DNA from: Proteromonas lacertae
Taxonomy: Eukaryota
Length of the DNA stretch: 64,000 nucleotides
Direction: 5' to 3'
Assembly: GCA_002245135.1 (NCBI GenBank)
Contig: NGBS01000331.1
Coordinates: 1 to 64,000, forward strand
A program made the translations under genes and the position numbers. Shown here piece after piece: positions 11,809-24,329 of this stretch. The stretch's first letter is position 1, and every line of letters begins with the position of its first letter. The notes below the pieces were generated by a model. The model ran no database searches. It was given only the letters and a program-made list of their open reading frames with translations, and was not told where the DNA came from.

Positions 11809-12732
11809 ATGTTATTATTTTCTCTAATAACAGTTATAGTAATTACTATTTTTCTACTTTTATGTTTTAGAGTTATTTATTGCGAGAATGAAAGTAATAC
11901 TATAAAATATGAATATATAAGAGAATTTGAAAATCTTAAAATGAATAGGTTAAACAAATTAAATTGCTTATATCCTATTAAAGTTATTCATGTTAGCAGT
12001 ATCTTTATATTTCTTTTATCTAGAGATAGGCTATATGCAGTATATTATTCAATTAAGTATTGGATGAAATTCAATAGAAATAATAATATAAAGTTAGTTA
12101 TATTGGATCATAGTAGTACTTATCTGCCACTTTTAAAATATTATAATTTTATAGAAAATAAATATGATATAGATATTGTTTATCTCAAACAGAATAGCTG
12201 GAAATATTTAATCGATATAGAGGTCCCAAATATCATAATTTCTTATCTTAGTTTAAATATAAATATTAAATATTATATTTTATCAGATATAGATATTATA
12301 ATGATAAATATACCAACAAATATATTTGATTTTTATGCCTCAGTACTGAGTAATTGCAATGTAAGTGTAGTAGGTCCATCACTAATGGTTAACGATATAT
12401 CTAATAAATTTCCTGATTTTAGAAAAGTATATACTTTTGAAACAAATTATCTAAGAAGGAACCACTATGATATATTTTACAAAAATCAATATTATACTCT
12501 TATTAATGCAGATATTGACACTATATTTGGAATGAGAAAAAGAACAACAAAATTTAGAAGACATTCACAATATTCTTTTAGATCTCTGTCACCTTATGTT
12601 GCTCATCATATTGATTGGTATATATCCGATCTTGATTTGCCTAAGTCATTTATATTCTATGTAAAACATTCAAAATCTATAAATCATTCAGGATCTGCTT
12701 TTAATATATCAAATTCATTAAAACAGCCTTAA
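11809..12732 (+). CDS. GT2-like glycosyltransferase (identical copy of 6203-7126)
   Basis: Identical protein. Confidence 0.7.
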   Translation: MLLFSLITVIVITIFLLLCFRVIYCENESNTIKYEYIREFENLKMNRLNKLNCLYPIKVIHVSSIFIFLLSRDRLYAVYYSIKYWMKFNRNNNIKLVILDHSSTYLPLLKYYNFIENKYDIDIVYLKQNSWKYLIDIEVPNIIISYLSLNINIKYYILSDIDIIMINIPTNIFDFYASVLSNCNVSVVGPSLMVNDISNKFPDFRKVYTFETNYLRRNHYDIFYKNQYYTLINADIDTIFGMRKRTTKFRRHSQYSFRSLSPYVAHHIDWYISDLDLPKSFIFYVKHSKSINHSGSAFNISNSLKQP

Positions 12733-12744
12733 TATTATTATTCT

Positions 12745-13731
12745 ATGATATTCATAATTAGATATATTAAAATATTCTTATTATTCTTTTCTCTATTCAT
12801 ATTATTATATATTAAAAAAATTAATTTATCAAAAATAGATTTAATGTTTGAAAAAATAGAATTAATAAATAATTATAATTATTCAAAAATGTTTATTAAT
12901 TCAATTAATCTTTATAATCAAAGACTGCCATATATAAATAGATTATATCATATGTGCAAATCATGCAATGGTAAAAAAAGGACAATTATTGTTCTACTGT
13001 ATTATAATAATATAAAACCTTTTATTGATAAAAATTATCTATTTTTAAATCAAAAACATTATGATAAATTAATTTTCTTTGTTACAGAAAACATTACACT
13101 AGATGACAAATATCGTAATATTTTCTATTCTGTTGTTGATGTTTCATCTTATTTTTATACATTTCCCTACAAATTTAATACGTCTGCATATAAACCAAAC
13201 TACATGAAAAGAGGAAAATGGAATTATCAACACATGTGTAGGTTCTTTTTTAAAAGTATTTTTATCCATCCATTATTGTGTGATTCAGATATGATCATGA
13301 GACTTGATTCAGAATCTATTTTAAATACTTCTGTGAATTTATTTAATTATATGAGTGATGAAATTATATATATGCATAATAGAATTTTATACGATGCTGC
13401 ATTTGTAACAAAAGGATTAAAAGATTTTACATTTTCATTTATTAATGCATTAAAGATTAAAGTAGAAGATGTTAATAGATTTAGTAAAAATTTTAATTCA
13501 AGTGCACTTATTTATTATAATAATTTTGAAATATGTAGATTGAATTTTTTTAGAAATAGAAAAATGTTTCAGTTTATGATGTTAGTAGATTTAAGTTATG
13601 GTCAGTTTATCTATAGATGGGGAGATGCACCATTGAGATATACAAGCTTATCGTTATTTGCAAAAAATTACACTAAAATATCTTTACCTAAAGATGTAAA
13701 ATATTGTCATCATCTATGCAATAAAAAATAA
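12745..13731 (+). CDS. GT15 mannosyltransferase (identical copy)
   Basis: Identical protein to 5204-6190. Confidence 0.92.
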   Translation: MIFIIRYIKIFLLFFSLFILLYIKKINLSKIDLMFEKIELINNYNYSKMFINSINLYNQRLPYINRLYHMCKSCNGKKRTIIVLLYYNNIKPFIDKNYLFLNQKHYDKLIFFVTENITLDDKYRNIFYSVVDVSSYFYTFPYKFNTSAYKPNYMKRGKWNYQHMCRFFFKSIFIHPLLCDSDMIMRLDSESILNTSVNLFNYMSDEIIYMHNRILYDAAFVTKGLKDFTFSFINALKIKVEDVNRFSKNFNSSALIYYNNFEICRLNFFRNRKMFQFMMLVDLSYGQFIYRWGDAPLRYTSLSLFAKNYTKISLPKDVKYCHHLCNKK

Positions 13732-14293
13732 TAACATGGATTCTGCCCAAATTAATATAATGATGATCATAGTGATAAATTCCATTAATATACATTATAA
13801 TGCCGAATTGCTTTATGTTCAAGAGCTTCTCTGATGTGCAAGCCAGCATTGGCTATTCTCTTATAATGTAATCTCTTGACCTCGGAGACTGAGCAATTGA
13901 GGATGCTCATCACATAGTATTCATCTACTTCCTTGACTATGTACTGCACGTGAACTAAGTAAAGCTATCGTGCTTGTAGCTATTCTTCGGTAGGAAGAAG
14001 ACGATATCCATCTGATAGCTGTCAGGTACTAAGTGAATCTTACGATGGAATATCTCAGCTACAAAATATACTTTTAATGAAAATCAAATGAAAATATTAA
14101 ATATATTAGTAATAGGAAGGATTATTATTGATAATACTATATTAGGGATGGCTTTGAAAGATAAAATATCTTGACAATAGATGTTAGAGATGTTATTCAA
14201 GCTATACATTTACAATACTTTTGGAATAGAAAATCACCGCTTTTGTATACCTATTTAATGTTTCTTACAAATTATTATTATTAATAAAATAAA

Positions 14294-15127
14294 TTATATA
14301 TTCTTCTTTTTTTCCCAATAAACTCCTCTTATTCTTTCTCCTTTTTCATGAAACACTTCGATTATTTCTTCATCAATATTGTATTTCTTTCTATAATCAG
14401 TAATAGCTTGTTTACAGGATATCCACCCAATGTAATCATCAATAATAACATATCCTCCTATTGATAATTTAGGATAAAGAATAGAAATTGCTTGCCAAGT
14501 GCTAATGTATGTATCGCCATCCAATCGAATTATTGAAAACGATTTTGATGGTATTTTATAAAGAGTTTCATTAAAATAACCTTTTACTACAATTGTTCCT
14601 CTCTCTAAATTTAAGATTTTTAGTATTTTGAAAAGATTTTCTACAGGATTGTTATTCAATATATCATAAGTATGAGCTGCTTTATCTTGAACATATTTTG
14701 AATTAGGCATTGGTGGTATTCCTGAGAATGAATCACACATGTAGACATTTCGGTTATTTTGGTTGTATAAATTTAGTATAGTCCTTGCTAATATCATTGC
14801 CCCTCCTCTCCAACATCCAGCCTCTATAATATCACCTTTAATATTTTTTTCAATGATATTCTGAATTAATAAATGCAAATTATTTAATCTTCTCATTCCC
14901 ACCATTGTAAGAGCATTACCTTTCGGCCATGAACTTCCGTCTATTATCCAGGATCCATTTTCATATATACTATTTAATACAACTTTTTTCATCAACTCTA
15001 TACTAAACTCTTTTAAATTGTATATTTCGGAATTATTACAATTACCTTTGCCATTTATATTATTAAAATAATATTTAGCTACAGCGAATAAAAATATCAC
15101 AAATAGAAAATATTTCAATACTATCAT
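14294..15127 (-). CDS. TylF-family O-methyltransferase (identical copy)
   Basis: Identical protein to 3808-4641. Confidence 0.93.
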   Translation of the reverse strand: MIVLKYFLFVIFLFAVAKYYFNNINGKGNCNNSEIYNLKEFSIELMKKVVLNSIYENGSWIIDGSSWPKGNALTMVGMRRLNNLHLLIQNIIEKNIKGDIIEAGCWRGGAMILARTILNLYNQNNRNVYMCDSFSGIPPMPNSKYVQDKAAHTYDILNNNPVENLFKILKILNLERGTIVVKGYFNETLYKIPSKSFSIIRLDGDTYISTWQAISILYPKLSIGGYVIIDDYIGWISCKQAITDYRKKYNIDEEIIEVFHEKGERIRGVYWEKKKNI

Positions 15128-15133
15128 TTATAT

Positions 15134-16187
15134 CAGGGTTGTATAAATAGGTAACTTATAGGTTATAGGTAAAACCTATAATCTAGCTTTGACCGTCGGT
15201 CGGTCAAACCTCAAGCATTATTTTGTTAAAATCTATTTTAATTACATACTGAGTAACATTTGTTTTATACAAACTATCATACTATATAAAATATTATTCC
15301 TGCTTCTTGTTTTACTTTAGTTACTATAGTTATGACTAAGATTTGTTGAAATTGTATAAATATCTATTCTGATATATTAAAATTCATCTACAAACTACTC
15401 AATAGTGATATTTAACATATTTATAAACAACTTGTTATTTTGATGATTAATTTATATTGATTACTATCTCTAAAAAACAAATATTAATGTAATTATAATA
15501 ATAAATCTCTATTTCTGGATATTAATGATTTGTCTTCAATAAGTCTCTTACTTTCTCAGTTTCTGAAAATAAATAAGCATTATAAACCTCTCTTCGAGTT
15601 ATACTATATCCTAGTTTGAAGCAAAACCTTCTAAATACTGGTGAGTCTAATATTGTGGTACTGACTGCATTGAAGGTTATGAATTTAAATAGATCTTTGT
15701 TGACAGAATCTGAATTGACTTTGGCTTTTACCATATGTAATAATCTGAATATTTTATTTTAATCACGTTTTCCAAAACATTTTGAAGTAGTTAATATTTT
15801 TATGAAACATTTTATAATTGAATAAATCCACAACTTCTTTCGATGCGAAAGATGGTAATGTGATATCCCTATAGTTTCATATATTATAAAGTCTTATAAA
15901 TAAAGATTATCTTAGTCAAACCATCAAGCTTGATGTTTTTTTCTTTTATTTTTTTATTCTATAATTAATTTAATATTATGTTAATAATATGTTATTGTGA
16001 GTCATCATTGAGAAATAGATCAAAATAATAGTAATATAAAAAGTGCATCGACTGACGGTCAAATTTGATATTTGAAAGATGATGTATAAAACATTAATTT
16101 TGTATAAGGAAGGTAAAGGTCAAGCTAAAGATATAGGTTTTGACCTATAGGTAAACCTATATTTTTTGACCGAAAAATACAACACTG
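15134..16187 (-). mobile_element. Non-autonomous hAT element (mirror copy)
   Basis: TIRs CAGGGTTGTAT / ATACAACACTG; TSD ATTTATAT at 15126-15133 and 16188-16195. Confidence 0.9.
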
Positions 16188-16195
16188 ATTTATAT

Positions 16196-17341
16196 ATGAC
16201 TATATGTAATTATTATAATAAAATATTAATTATTCTATTGATTATGAATTTATTTTATTACAGTATTATAATTAATAAAAGAAATTTTTATTGTTCAAAT
16301 ATAAAAATAATCAATTCATCTACAAAAAACATTAGAATGATTACTTCACAAATATTATTTACTAAATCAAGATCGAATTATATTACAATTATATCAGGAA
16401 AAAATAGTCAGCTTTATTATTTGAATAACAACGATTATGATAATTATATTTTACTTTTAATGAAAAATGTATTTGTTACTGATAGAATTATAATTAGTAA
16501 TTGTAAAATTCTATTTTTTAAAGGGCAGTGCAATGATTTTAGGTGGTATATAAACAATATTAAGGAAAATGAAGCTTTGCCAATAGTTAATTATGGATTT
16601 AATTTAATAAATTGGCATGCCGATGGAGTTTTTCATGGCACAGTTGAAGGATTAACAAGGATAATTCCATATATAAATTACCTTTTAAATCGGTCATACA
16701 TTAAAATATTCATATCATATCCTCGTTATAGTCAAAATACAGCAGAAAAAATTCTAAATCTTTTAGGCTTTTCCAATAATAGAATCATATATGGTAAGCA
16801 CTTTGTTTATAATTTGTTAGTACCTACTCCATTTTATTGTGTTAAATCATCAACACCATTAATAATAAAATTTAGTGAAATATTAAGAAAGAGAATGGCT
16901 AATAAACAATGTAATAATTCTAAGCTGAATTATATTCTATTACTTCAAAGATCAAAGAATCGAATATTACAAAATTTAAATGAATTAAAAAGATGCTTAA
17001 TACACTATTTCAATATAAGCATAATAGTATATAACGATAATTATCTTATATTAGATGATATATATTGCTGGTTTACATATGCAAAAATAATTATCGGTTA
17101 TCATGGATCAGGATTGACTAATATTTATTTTTCCAAAAGGTATACTGTTGTTATAGAAATTTCTCCAAAAGATCCTATATATGCATTTGCAAAAATTGGA
17201 ACACAGTTAGGATTGCATTATTTTATATATAAATTGACATATACGAAATTATATGTTAAATATATAAATTTCAATATATCTTCATTCATTATGTCAGTAA
17301 TGAATATATTCTCAAATATAATAGAGCTTGGAAATATTTAA
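16196..17341 (+). CDS. GT61-family glycosyltransferase
   Basis: IIIGYHGSGLTNIYFS..VVIEI motif, R..R.L.N segment, N-terminal TM. First ATG outside the transposon is 16196. Confidence 0.88.
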   Translation: MTICNYYNKILIILLIMNLFYYSIIINKRNFYCSNIKIINSSTKNIRMITSQILFTKSRSNYITIISGKNSQLYYLNNNDYDNYILLLMKNVFVTDRIIISNCKILFFKGQCNDFRWYINNIKENEALPIVNYGFNLINWHADGVFHGTVEGLTRIIPYINYLLNRSYIKIFISYPRYSQNTAEKILNLLGFSNNRIIYGKHFVYNLLVPTPFYCVKSSTPLIIKFSEILRKRMANKQCNNSKLNYILLLQRSKNRILQNLNELKRCLIHYFNISIIVYNDNYLILDDIYCWFTYAKIIIGYHGSGLTNIYFSKRYTVVIEISPKDPIYAFAKIGTQLGLHYFIYKLTYTKLYVKYINFNISSFIMSVMNIFSNIIELGNI

Positions 17342-19024
17342 ACTATATAATATTGTATTAATTTTATAATTCCTTCTCAATAATCATATTTCTATTTAAA
17401 AAGATTTAAGCTATTTTTCATATAAAATATTCAAAAAATATTTCCATTCAACTTGCATAGGCATTTTTATCAGAGTCAACTTCAGAATTCTTTGCATATT
17501 TAAACATCCATAAATTCCAGATCTTACAGCACCAGGACAATATCATTATGCATCTTACATAGGCACTTTACAATTTAGTTATAAAAATTTGCATTTTAAA
17601 TACCCAGGCATTCAAATATTTACAATGTAATGAATAATTTCATATAAAAAATTTGTATTACAAATAAATTATTTAACATTTCTAAAAATAAATTCATAAA
17701 CATTAGTCATAATAATGCAGTAACTGTTGTAGACTTAACAACTATATGTCGAATCTATTTATCACGTCTTGATGAATGCTATGAAACAGATACTGTAAAA
17801 ATTATTACTAAATTTTGCTCTTGAAAGCATCAGCAATTCTTTATAATAAATCATATCTATTCGTTAAATAGATTTTAAAAAAGTGAGCTTGAGACTTGGC
17901 AAGCCGATGGGTATAGCTAAATCTTTATATCAGTACCTCGTGTTAAACCAATCTATAAAATCATTCTTTTGTTCTTAATTTAATTTTGATTAATATTCTT
18001 TTATTAGTTTCTCATTATTGTATATAAAATTATCAGATTCATTATTTCTGCATTTCCTTCAACTTCTTTCATCATTCTTTGAATTACATTTTTTTAGTTG
18101 CACAAATATTATTCCAAACATTCCAGATTTAATCAAATATATTAAAGATGATTGTAATAATAAATTGTATCTGTGCAATTTAGATATTGATTATAATTTT
18201 TACAAATCATTCATCTCTTTAAGATTAAATGGATTAAAAGAAAAAAAATTAAATTGAGTTGTACATTTTGATTTTTTACTAATATTTAGATAATAAATTA
18301 ACACATAAAAGTATAGAAATATTAATCCGCAATTTATCTTCATTATCAAGTCTTCACTGTCTAAATAATCAACCGAAATAAGATATGAGATGAAGGAATA
18401 AAAATCCTATCTACACATTTAAATATAAAGCAGAGAGAACTACCATCAATGAATAATAAGAAAACCCCCATTGTTACCAACTCTTACTACCTTCCGCACC
18501 ATCGTCAAGTACCAAAGTACAATGGCTTAAGAGACTACCATACCCCCATCAATATGCTATTGGAGATACATTCTCAAGGAGTCTACTGGATTAATTCAAG
18601 ATTGCCTTCAATAGAGAGGATGTCTTCAACAACATCACCTTGTAAGCTTCAAAAAACGATCTCCTAAGACTAGCATTATTATTCATCCGAAAACGATTTG
18701 AATGCGTCCATCACCTTATTAGGAACTTCAGGATCAAGGAGAACAACATCAATCACTTTATCCTCACCTCGCAGTTTATTGAGATGATAGACAAACTCCT
18801 AGGACAATTAAGTAAGGCCGCATATCACTACGAGATGATATTTCAACATGATCATCCGATGCTCTTCAAGGCCAAGACAATTTACATGGACCTTTCCAAA
18901 CAGTTAAAACAGCAAATCCTCTCAATTCTTCAATATCCTTTCCAAACAATTAAGAGATATTGAAATAGTAATTATATAGATGCAAAAATAGTTCGGCAAA
19001 ATATTTCTTTTATGAATCTGTTTT

Positions 19025-19831
19025 ATGCAATATAAAAATTTTAAAGTCTATAGTTTTCTTATATTTATTTATTCTATTTATATGATTAGATTATATCTAC
19101 AGACATGTGACACAATCTATCCTTTTTGTGTTTCTCTTGTGATACCAGCAACAATTGAAGATTTTTACAGATGTTATATACCTTTTGCGAATAGTGTATG
19201 TAGTTCTATACAATATCCACAAGAAATAGTAATAGTATTGTCAGGTTTAGAATCAAATAAAAGCGAAATTCTAAAAATGTCAAATAGACTTAAAAGATGT
19301 ACAAATCAGCTTATTATAGTATATAGAAGAAACAAATATAATGCAGCTTCAAATAGAAATGTTGGTTATCATTGTTCACATTGTTCAGTTATTTCATACT
19401 TTGATGTGGATGATAGAATGTCAAAATATAGAATTCACATATTATATAGAATATTTAGTGAAAATAAAAATGTAGATGTAGTTTTTCATCCTTCAACTAA
19501 AAATATTGCTATTTTAGATATGTACAATTTATCAAAATTGTATAAAAAATATGTGGTAACTAATCAGTTTAATGAAATAACTAGAAGATGCAAAGATACA
19601 TTTTCATATGATAATAAAATATATAAATGCGATGTTTCAAATAAATATTATATTACAAATGGTTGGCCATCTATAAAAAGGAATATTATGAATATTATTC
19701 AATTTAATGAATCGCTGAATTCAACCGAAGATTTAGATTTTATATCTAGAATAGTTGTGAAAGGATTCAAAGTAGCATTATTTAAATCACCGTTAGGATT
19801 CTATATAAAAGATAATCAATGCAAAATATAG
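19025..19831 (+). CDS. GT2-family glycosyltransferase
   Basis: SLVIP, AASNRNVG, YFDVDD, TEDLDF; N-terminal TM. Confidence 0.85.
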   Translation: MQYKNFKVYSFLIFIYSIYMIRLYLQTCDTIYPFCVSLVIPATIEDFYRCYIPFANSVCSSIQYPQEIVIVLSGLESNKSEILKMSNRLKRCTNQLIIVYRRNKYNAASNRNVGYHCSHCSVISYFDVDDRMSKYRIHILYRIFSENKNVDVVFHPSTKNIAILDMYNLSKLYKKYVVTNQFNEITRRCKDTFSYDNKIYKCDVSNKYYITNGWPSIKRNIMNIIQFNESLNSTEDLDFISRIVVKGFKVALFKSPLGFYIKDNQCKI

Positions 19832-20065
19832 CTTTATTCACAATAAAAATAAGATATAAGTACATATTTAAGTATATATGGATTTTAGAACAAGATATTG
19901 GCTTTTCTGGAAATATAAATAAACTATTTTTAAAATATGAAAAAATTAAGTCAGATCTTATAACTACACATTTCTTTGTAAATAATAAGGGGTGGTATTA
20001 TTGCTGTACAAAAGAGTATATGAAATATAGAAATAAAAAGCTAAATGAAAAGGTTAATAAAACTA
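19826..20065 (+). pseudogene. Internal ~240-bp duplicate of gene 22812-23603
   Basis: Near-identical direct repeat of 23111-23350. Confidence 0.9.
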
Positions 20066-20178
20066 AGGCAATGCTACAATATTAATATTTCTGAAGAATG
20101 GTTTGATAGATTTAATAATAATTTCGCTTTTAAGTAATTCATTGAAATAAATTTATAATCTATAATAAGATTTAAAAA

Positions 20179-21583
20179 ATGTTGAGATATTCTTATATTC
20201 TTATAATTATGATTTTTATAATATTTATTGAAATAATCTATGATGATTTAAACTATTTAAAGATTAGTAAAAAAATTAAACTTATATTGGATAAAAATAT
20301 TTTAAAAAAATTTGGAAAAGAAAAAAATCTATTTCTAATTTTATTTACTTCTAATATATACAAACAATTAATGAATTTTTATTATTGTTCAATAAGGAAA
20401 TTTAACATTAGTAATGTAATATTCATATCTTTAGATTTAAAAGGGTTTTATTTAACTAAACATGATTTACCAAATATTTACGTGTCAAATTACACACAAA
20501 ATATATCTGAACATATCGATTATAATACTCCTTTGTATTGGAAAATTGTATACTCAAAAACCGACTATGTGAAACTTCTATTATTGCTCAAATTCAATAT
20601 TATTTTATGTGATACAGACCTAATTTTTTTCAAAAACCCTATCAGCTATTTACTTCAGTATAATACTGATTTAGTCACTTCATGTGATCATTATTGTCCA
20701 ATAATGAATTCAGGCTTTTAGTATACTTTAATATGAACAATTATAGTTTAGCTAATGCAAATCAAAGGATGATAAATTTTATGAATATATTACAGGAAAA
20801 TAGGAGGTTATTTAAGTTGGGAGAACAAGCACATTGGAATTATGCATTAAAAAATAATTTAACAATAAATGTGACATATCTATCATTGAAATTATTTGCA
20901 TGCGGAGATGAATTCTATATTAGAGGGAAAAGAATATTTTATTATCACTTACATAGTATTTAAACATTATTATATTAATAGATAATTCATATATTACAGT
21001 ACATAATAATTGGATCACAGGAATGGACAAAAAATTATATAGAGAAAAAGAAATGCATTTTTATTTTTTTGATTTTAATGGATACTATTCTTCATATTCA
21101 GAGAAATATTTTACTTTTATATTTAGCAGTAATAATATTGATGAAGATGAAACAGTTATAAAGTTTGGTTTTTATATAACATCTATTGCAAAATCTGTAT
21201 TTATATTACCTCAAATAAAATGTAACCATTGCCTACATCAATGTAAATACTGTAAAAATCACACATACTGTTCATTTATTGAGTTTTGGAAAATAAGAAA
21301 GTTAAATAAATATTTTGGTAATAGTTATAGAGAGACTGTATTATTTAATTATATATTATAGACTTTTCTATCGCATCCACTTATACCATATACATTGAAA
21401 AAATCATATAAACATTTGACATGGGAGAATTATTCTATAGATTCATTAAGTAATATAATTGCAACAACTCAATATAGACTTTATATTATCCATATAAAAA
21501 ATACATCACTTCTTTCCTTTTTATACACAAACAATTTATCATCATATATATCAAAAGCAATAGTAAGAGAAAATTTTTGTTAA
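20179..21583 (+). CDS. GT77-like nucleotide-diphospho-sugar transferase, 4 exons
   Basis: GT-AG introns 20721-20746, 20956-20981 and 21338-21361 join four ORFs in frame. The product has LCDTDLIFFKNP, NSGFY, EQ..WN, VHNNWI.G..K..R. Confidence 0.9.
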
Positions 21584-21625
21584 ATTTAGAAAACTATTTC
21601 ATTTTATTGTGTTTATAAAGAAGTA

Positions 21626-22705
21626 ATGAAAATTTTAACATATTATTATTTGTTAATATATTATTTTTTAATTATTATTCTCATGGTATATAGTAAAAAA
21701 TACAGTTCTATCACAAATAATAGCGTATTGAATACACTGATGTGCTTAAAGAATGCTACATGTAAAGAAAAGTGTTTAAAGCAAAAGAATACTAGATACA
21801 TACATATGATATATAGAGAATCAGATTATCCTCACCCATTCCCATTTGATTATTATTTTATCCATAATTCTACATGTCCAACTGATACATTTATATATAT
21901 ATTCATTATTTCTGAATGTAAACAAATGAGTGAAAGAAATTCAATCAGATTAACATGGGGTAAAAATTCTAAGTATATAACAGTAAGATATATTATAGGA
22001 ATTGGAAATGATGTTTGTAGCAGAAATTATGTTGTAGAAAACAGAATGTATGGAGACATGCTTCAATTAAATATACATGAATCATTTTCTAATGAAACAT
22101 TATTTACTCTTTACACAATGAAATTTCTGAATACACTATGTCCATATTCTCAATACTATGCAAAGTTTGATGTTGATACATATGTAGATTTGAAAATGTT
22201 GTATGAAGAAATACAGCCATATCTATATAAAGAGTATCAATTTTGGGGCGCTGAAAAACAAAAATGGAAATGTATAAATTCAAATCCGTCATTTAAATAT
22301 AGTTCTCCTAAAAATATAGCAGAATACTATAATAAACAGTTTCCTGTCTCAGGTATTGATGTATACTCAGGTTTTGCAACAATATTTTCTTCTGATATAC
22401 CTATATTATTATTTAATGAATCGCTTAGAAATGCATACTTAATAAGAATTGACGATCAATATATTTCATGGTTATTATATAGGCTTCATCTTAAAATAAA
22501 TAGAATATCTAGTTATGCAGTTCTTCCTAATAGATGTGCAATTCATAAAAATGTTACAGTTATACATAGAATAATATCTACTGATATTCTATCATATTCA
22601 TTATACTACAAAAAAACATCAATTTCAATATATCCACCGCAAAAATATTTAATATCGCAATCACATAACATAACTTTCAAAACAGCTAATCCTCTTAAAT
22701 CTTGA
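21626..22705 (+). CDS. GT31 (beta-1,3-galactosyltransferase-like) glycosyltransferase
   Basis: RNSIRLTWG, ENRMYGDMLQ, KFDVDTYV, SGF, IDDQYIS motifs; TM. Confidence 0.88.
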   Translation: MKILTYYYLLIYYFLIIILMVYSKKYSSITNNSVLNTLMCLKNATCKEKCLKQKNTRYIHMIYRESDYPHPFPFDYYFIHNSTCPTDTFIYIFIISECKQMSERNSIRLTWGKNSKYITVRYIIGIGNDVCSRNYVVENRMYGDMLQLNIHESFSNETLFTLYTMKFLNTLCPYSQYYAKFDVDTYVDLKMLYEEIQPYLYKEYQFWGAEKQKWKCINSNPSFKYSSPKNIAEYYNKQFPVSGIDVYSGFATIFSSDIPILLFNESLRNAYLIRIDDQYISWLLYRLHLKINRISSYAVLPNRCAIHKNVTVIHRIISTDILSYSLYYKKTSISIYPPQKYLISQSHNITFKTANPLKS

Positions 22706-22811
22706 ATATCTTTTTTGAACATTTAACATGTAATACTGTTTCATCAAACATTAGCCATAAATTTTAAGAATATTTAATTCTTATAAGTATAATAGTGTAG
22801 TTGTTATTATT

Positions 22812-23603
22812 TTGTATTTTACATTCCTAAGAAATTCAAAATATAAGTACTATAAAAATGTAATACTAATTCGTTTTCATATTTTAACAAAAATACAATT
22901 TAATAGATTTCTATTATGGATAAATTTATCAAAACCTTATAACATATATTTATTTTTATCAGACTATAAATGTGAAAGATACAGAAAGATGAGAATAATC
23001 TATTGTATAAACTTTAATGAAGTACTTCATAGATATCCTTCTTTAACAAAAAGTGGCTTTTGTGGAAAAAAACAATCACATTTCTTTATGTGGGCTTTTC
23101 ATATTGAACATATAGTTTTATTCACAATAAAAATAAGATATAAGTACATATTTAAGTATATATGGATTTTAGAACAAGATATTGGCTTTTCTGGAAATAT
23201 AAATAAACTATTTTTAAAATATGAAAAAATTAAGTCAGATCTTATAACTACACATTTCTTTGTAAATAATAAGGGGTGGTATTATTGCTGTACAAAAGAG
23301 TATATGAAATATAGAAATAAAAAGCTAAATGGAAAAGGATATAAAACTAGCGAACATATTCAAAGATGGAGTCTGAAATACATTAATTATATTCAGCTAT
23401 TTTTGAAGAAGAACATGCATTCTCATTCTGAGCATGCTAGTATAGAGTTTCTGCTGTTTTCAAATCTATCATATCAATCCTTTTCTTTAAGTGACATTGG
23501 ATATAAATTTTCATATAAAACTAAAGTATCAAAACAAGAATGGGGTAGAATAATTAATAATTCATCATTGAATAACAGACTGTTTCATTCACTAAAATAT
23601 TAA
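22812..23603 (+). CDS. Putative glycosyltransferase, paralogue of 9832-10698 (5' end uncertain)
   Basis: YIWILEQDIGFSG, EHIQRWS, LFHSLK. Confidence 0.6.
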   Translation: MYFTFLRNSKYKYYKNVILIRFHILTKIQFNRFLLWINLSKPYNIYLFLSDYKCERYRKMRIIYCINFNEVLHRYPSLTKSGFCGKKQSHFFMWAFHIEHIVLFTIKIRYKYIFKYIWILEQDIGFSGNINKLFLKYEKIKSDLITTHFFVNNKGWYYCCTKEYMKYRNKKLNGKGYKTSEHIQRWSLKYINYIQLFLKKNMHSHSEHASIEFLLFSNLSYQSFSLSDIGYKFSYKTKVSKQEWGRIINNSSLNNRLFHSLKY

Positions 23604-24329
23604 CAGTAAAATTAATATAAGCATTTTTATTTAGTATGGGTAAACCTCTTCTTAATGAAAACTGTATAAGATTTAAAGTATATTATCTAATTTATATACA
23701 TTTTTTTTAACACTTAAGAAGAACTTCCTGAAAGTATTCTGTTTTTATTTAATGATTTGTTTACTATTTTTATGGTAAACATATATTATATAAAAATAAC
23801 AAAATAAGAGGGATAGAATCATTATATATATAAATATGTATAATAGTGAAAAAATGCGAATTGAATAGCCTTTTAAAATTTGAGCGCCCTTTATTTGTGG
23901 CTTTTTTTAATTTTATGATTTTTTTACTTTCTATTATTTAAATGATTCAAATCCATATTTCTCCATATAAAATACATTTACTTTATACAAATACCTTTCC
24001 TTAATTTACTCTTAACTCTTTCGAAATTAAACAAATAATAAAAATATTAATATACACTATAAATAAATATTATTTTAGAAGACAGGAGTTTAAAAAAGAA
24101 ACAATACTTTGTTCAAGCCACGGCTTGTGTTAAATTTTGTATTAGACATCTTTAAATTTTTATTTTATTTTATGAGTTATATATATGTGTTATGCACCGT
24201 TTTACAATATTATGGACATTTTAGAGGGATTGGAAATGAGTATAATTTTTGAAATAATGATTCGAATATTATTATATATGTGCGAATATTTTATTTTTGA
24301 TCAAAACAAACCCAACAAACTATATATTA

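Larger units (their letters stand above)
10386..18931. repeat. Right arm of the large inverted duplication
   Basis: Reverse complement of 1-8551; unique spacer 8552-10385. Confidence 0.97.

Noticed and set aside
18449..18960. 72-aa ORF and following coding-like frame (mirror at 1-482)
   Set aside because: Looks like a decayed gene but has no recognisable motif; cannot be assigned.
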